Below the pieces are notes generated by a model. It worked only from the letters and a program-made list of their open reading frames with translations. It ran no database searches and was not told the DNA's origin. Of a DNA stretch of 64,000 nt, positions 60,005-64,000 are shown piece after piece. The stretch covers positions 4,340,001 through 4,404,000 of the forward strand of contig OZ218951.1 of the NCBI GenBank assembly GCA_965112735.1, read 5' to 3'. Source of the stretch: Phaeosaccion multiseriatum. Taxonomy: Eukaryota; Protista; Ochrophyta, other classes. Made by a program: the position numbers and the translations under genes. Each line of letters opens with the position of its first letter. Positions within the stretch are counted from its first letter, which is position 1.

Positions 60005-63000
60005 GAGAGAGAGAAGGTGGGATGCCTAAGGTCAGAGAATGACGTCTTCAGAGGTGGATCCGCGGGCGGGAGGGGGACAGGGGGATGCTTAGACCTTTAA
60101 CCTTCGGTCGCCACCGCATTATCACGAGTGGAGAAGCACTTTCGCTTATATCAAACACACTTTGCGATGTACTTCAAGCCGTCAATGCGTGCGTAATTTT
60201 ACCTGAGGATGACGATGACGAAGTCAAAGTTGTTCCAGCGCCACTCGCTCCCAATGAAGAAGATCCAAGGGGCAAGAGCCTCCATCCACAGCTTCAGAAC
60301 GAGCTGAGGAGTGAGGGAAGGACGGACGGACGGACGGAGGGAGGGAGGGAGGGAGGGAGGGAGGGAGGGAGGGAGGGAGGGAGGGAGGGAGGGAGGGAGG
60401 GAGGGAGGGAGGGAGGGAGGGAGGGAGGGAGGGAGGGAGGGAGGGAGGGAGGGAGGGAGGGAGGGAGGGAGGGAGGGAGGGAGGGAGGGAGGGAGGGAGG
60501 GAGGGAGGGAGGGAGGGAGGGAGGGAGGGAGGGAGGGAGGGAGGGAGGGAGGGAGGGAGAGAGGGAGGGAGGGAGGGAGGGAGAGAGGGAGGGAGGAAGG
60601 AAGAACATTCCATGGCATGGGTGGAATGGTCAACGAAAGGGTCAAGACGGCAGCTGGCCGTGCATACATACGCAGGGGAGGCAGTACAAGACGTTGTGAA
60701 AGGAGACATTGGCAGGCATATGGGTGGAGAAGGGCGGGAGGGTCGAAGAGATGGTGGAAGGGTACTCACTCACTCACTCACGCACTCACGCACTCACGCA
60801 CTCACGCACTCACTCACTCACTCACTCTCTGACTCTCTCCCTCACACTATCTCATTCACTCACTCTCACTCACCCATTCACCACCTACCCACCCATCCAC
60901 CCACCCACCCATCCACGCACCCACCCAGCGACCCACACACTCACCCACCCACCCACTAACCCACACATCCCGCCCACCCATCCACCCATCCAGTCACTGA
61001 CCCAGCCACCCACCCACCCACACACCTACCCGCCCACACACCTACCCACCCACCCACCCACCCACCCACCCACCCACCCACCTACCCATCCTCACACCCA
61101 CATGCCCACCCATGGACTTACCTCGAAACCGAAGACGAAGAGGATGGCCATGTCGAGAAACACGACAATAGCGTTGCTTTCCAGATGGGGGTACGTCTGC
61201 ACCCCCACCAACACCCCCGCCAGCACGATCCATGCGATAATGAAGGCTGTGAATTGTGGAGTACCAACACCAGTACCAAACGTATCAATATCAAGTAGTG
61301 CCAGAGCCAGAGCCGAGCCGCCACGGCATGCAGGGTACGACCAAAGTGAGTGAAGCCCCCCCCACCCAGTAGGGGGAGAGAGTATCGCCAATGAAGACGT
61401 GCCACATCCACCGTCGCCGCCAGTGAAGGTATGAAGGTATAATGAGGGAGGCCCGGACACGATCCCACAAGTCCGATGAAAGACCCAAAAGGCAGCAAGG
61501 GAAGCCAAGGCAAGGCGAGGCGAGGCAAGGCAAGGGATAGTAAGAGGCGAGCATTGCCGCGTCCGTACGTCCGTCCGTTCGTTCGTTCGTTCGTTTGTTC
61601 GTAGATAATCATTCGCCGCACCACCGCGGAAGAGAGCGAAGAAAAGGCCGAAGAAGAGCCATCCCATTGCACAGCAGGTGCATGTATGCGTCAAGTATGT
61701 CACCATCGTCAGGACCAACGTCGTAACGGCAAAGGGCCGATCGCAGCAATAGCCAGCAGCCCAGCAGAGAACGCAGAAAAGATTGCACAACACGCAGCAG
61801 AATCACCGTCAGCACCACCATCAGCACCACCACCACCAGCAGCAGCAGCAAGTAGCGGCGATACCCGAAGCGAGAGAGGAAGGAAGGATGAGGGAAAGGA
61901 GGGAAGAAGAGAGAGAGGGAAGTGAGCTCAACCGCACAGCGAACAGAGGACGAGAGAGACGAGAAAGAGAAAGAGGGAGTCTTGTGAAGTAGGGGAGAGG
62001 CAGAGAGAAAGGTGGCCTTGGAGAGAGCGTAAAACAGGTAGGAGCGGAGTTCGTGGCGGTGATTGGGTATGGGCCTCGCTGCTCTGCTCAGTCGGTGCAG
62101 AGCCACGGCTGGTCGGAACGGAGGAGCATCACGGGGGTTCAAGACAGTTTCAGGGAGGAGAGAGCATGCCCACTTGGCTGGTCTGACTACCCACTTCACA
62201 TGAGCGAGCAGCCGGGACAAGCAGGACCAGATGCCTCGGAGCATCATGAGCGGTTCCCGCCCCTTTGGCTCGTCTGTGCCTCCCCCCCTCTCTCCCTCTC
62301 TCCCTCCCTCCCTCCCTCCCTCCCTCCCTCCTTCCCTCTTGCCACTGAAAGTCGCCCAGCGTCACTCCCTCCCGCCTCCTCCTCTTCTGCCCTCATTATA
62401 TTATGCCTACACATACCGTTGAAGTTCTGACTATGTACGACCCGCTCTATGAAGTCAGCAGAGGCGCAATACTTGTGGCCGAGCCAGCTGCTCGGCTGTG
62501 GGCGGCGCTTACGAAGCTCTGCCCGTATCCGCATCGCCAACTACAGTGAAGGAGAATTGAGGACGCAGGAACGGGGTGAAAAAAGGGAGAGAAGTGCGGG
62601 GGGGGGGGGGGGTAACTCAGGAGGTAAGGTTTTCCGACGCTGCCCTCGCCCACCATGTCGACCAAGCCGAGAGTGTCTATGACCATTGCATGCCACACCC
62701 AAGGCCCCTCCTCCTTTGGCTGCACGTGAGGAGACGTCACTGCAATCAAGCGGCGCCCCTCTCGTCCATTCATAAACCACACACTCGGGCTCAGCCCCTC
62801 CACACCTCTCTCCCACACCCCACCCAGTACGTTCTTTCCGTCTCTGATGCCCTCCGAAACACTAGCCAAACCATTTCTTCCAGGGCGAAAATTGCCGCTC
62901 ACCTCCTTCTTGTTCTCGGCCACTGTGTTGGCCAGCGAATAGGCTGACTTCTGAGGGCGCAGCTTGTTCTTGCGCTTGAGCGCCAGGGGCGTGATGTATT

Positions 63001-63070
63001 CCCCATTATCTTCAGACGACCTCCGACGCCCTCTGGCATCGAAGGCCAACGCTGTCCCTCTTGCATACAT
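50146..63070 (-). CDS. Two-repeat (2 x 6TM) voltage-gated Ca2+/Na+-type channel with C-terminal EF-hand(s) and a long K/S/E-rich tail, ~19 exons
   Basis: Domain I: WNNFDFVIV, S4 LLRLLRLLRVVKLVKK, pore FLTLFQCATLDDWTTIMY, S6 FIMLSLFVG. Domain II: WNVFDVLIV, S4 LRLLRLLRVLKLVR, pore MLTLFRCSTLEDWAWVMY, S6 LLTLFIGVV. EF-hand DLNGDGVIDEVEF. Phase-0 joins EDSKQ|GNRW..IAAE|DEST link the 50146-52415 low-complexity exon. Confidence 0.88.
54455..55240. repeat. (GGAA)/(GGGA)n compound microsatellite in a channel-gene intron
   Basis: Directly visible. Confidence 0.95.
56655..56743. repeat. (GAG)n microsatellite in a channel-gene intron
   Basis: Directly visible. Confidence 0.95.
60337..60595. repeat. 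(GAGG)n microsatellite in a channel-gene intron
   Basis: Directly visible. Confidence 0.95.
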
Positions 63071-64000
63071 GGTGCTGACTCCCTCCCCTTCTCCTCACCC
63101 CTTTCTCAAGCGACCGCAGAGCAGAAGGACCCCCACGGGTCCCTCTGCAGCGGTGCCAGAGAAAGGGGAGAGGCAACTTCTATTTCATGAGCTCTTGCAT
63201 GTGTTAATGAATTTCCTCCGCGCTGGAAGCACACTGTGTGCCATCGACTCCCTGCACTACTTGTGCTCCAACGCGTCAGCAGGTGCAAGGCCAAGCTCGC
63301 GCCTGCCAGCCCATTTCTCTCCACTCTCCCACCTCCTCCTCCGGGGCTCTGCCTCTGATCTTCTTTTCAGGTATCTACCTAGTACTTCACCGCTGTCTGT
63401 CAATTAAAGAAACTGGGCTCCTCATCATTGCTAGAACCAGTCCTTTTCCTTTAACCACTCGTATTACGGTATGTATGGTATGAGACAAAATACGGTTTCA
63501 ATCGAGCTCGACTTTTTTTGTCGAGGTCAAATTAGCGAATTACCAAAAAAGGGAAACGGCAAGAAAGAAAAAAATTGAATAGAGAAAGAAATACGTATGT
63601 GTAGCAATAGGGAAAGTGGTAGTAAGAGCAGTAGTAGCAGTAGGCCTTGATCCCAGAGGGGTAACTGAAAAGGGGCCTTGGCCCACCGGAAATCTGCAGT
63701 TTGGCTGCTGTTCTGTTGAGCCACTCTGGACTCACATATGCCCCAAATGCCCTGTGTGTAGCCAGTCACCCATGCCTGCTGCGTTGAAGAGGTCCCTCCC
63801 AACAAGCACCCATGGAGGCTGCCTCTAGCGTGTCTAAGGCTGGAACTGGCTCGCGGAACAAAGGCTGTGCAAGTTTTGCAAAAGATGAGGGCTTGGAGGG
63901 GGGGACGGCCACCAGCAACAGTAGTAGAAGCAGTGGCGACGCCCCTTCTTTCTCGTCTTCGTTGTCTTCTTCCATCTCCCTCAGACTGTGGAAGCCGCGA

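Noticed and set aside
63507-63525. CTCGAC-T7-GTCGAG hairpin as a terminator
   Set aside because: Only a 6-bp stem; bacterial terminator logic does not apply to this eukaryotic DNA.
63766-64000. Possible 3' end of a minus-strand gene
   Set aside because: Low complexity, truncated by the window edge, no motif support.

Overview
Intron-rich, microsatellite-laden eukaryotic genomic DNA, most likely a photosynthetic stramenopile (ochrophyte). The basis for that call is a nucleus-encoded MEP-pathway IspE with a signal peptide + 'LAF' bipartite plastid-targeting leader. Manual splicing gives these genes: a partial secreted/membrane protein, a cytochrome b561-domain protein, a Tma17/Adc17-like protein, ispE, proteasome RPN6, a VPS9-domain GEF, and a two-repeat (2x6TM) voltage-gated cation channel with EF-hands. 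The centrepiece is a ~25.4 kb, ~24-exon, ~7,000-aa megasynthase (22562-47967). Its order is KS(C->S)-ACP | KS-AT-KR-ACP | KS-AT-DH-ER-KR-ACP | KS | FAAL-ACP | KS(HATAT)-ACP-ACP | threefold TM/left-handed beta-helix terminal module of the epsilon-poly-L-lysine synthetase (Pls/PosA) type. It has no thioesterase, and there is one apparent frameshift at ~41390-41500. I infer it is a candidate membrane-anchored assembly line that joins a polyketide arm to a fatty acyl arm and may polymerise or export the product. Two decayed, oppositely oriented pieces of an ankyrin-repeat gene bracket it and share a 28-bp identical core, which suggests a ~27-kb inversion. All exon boundaries were read by eye and no database searches were run.
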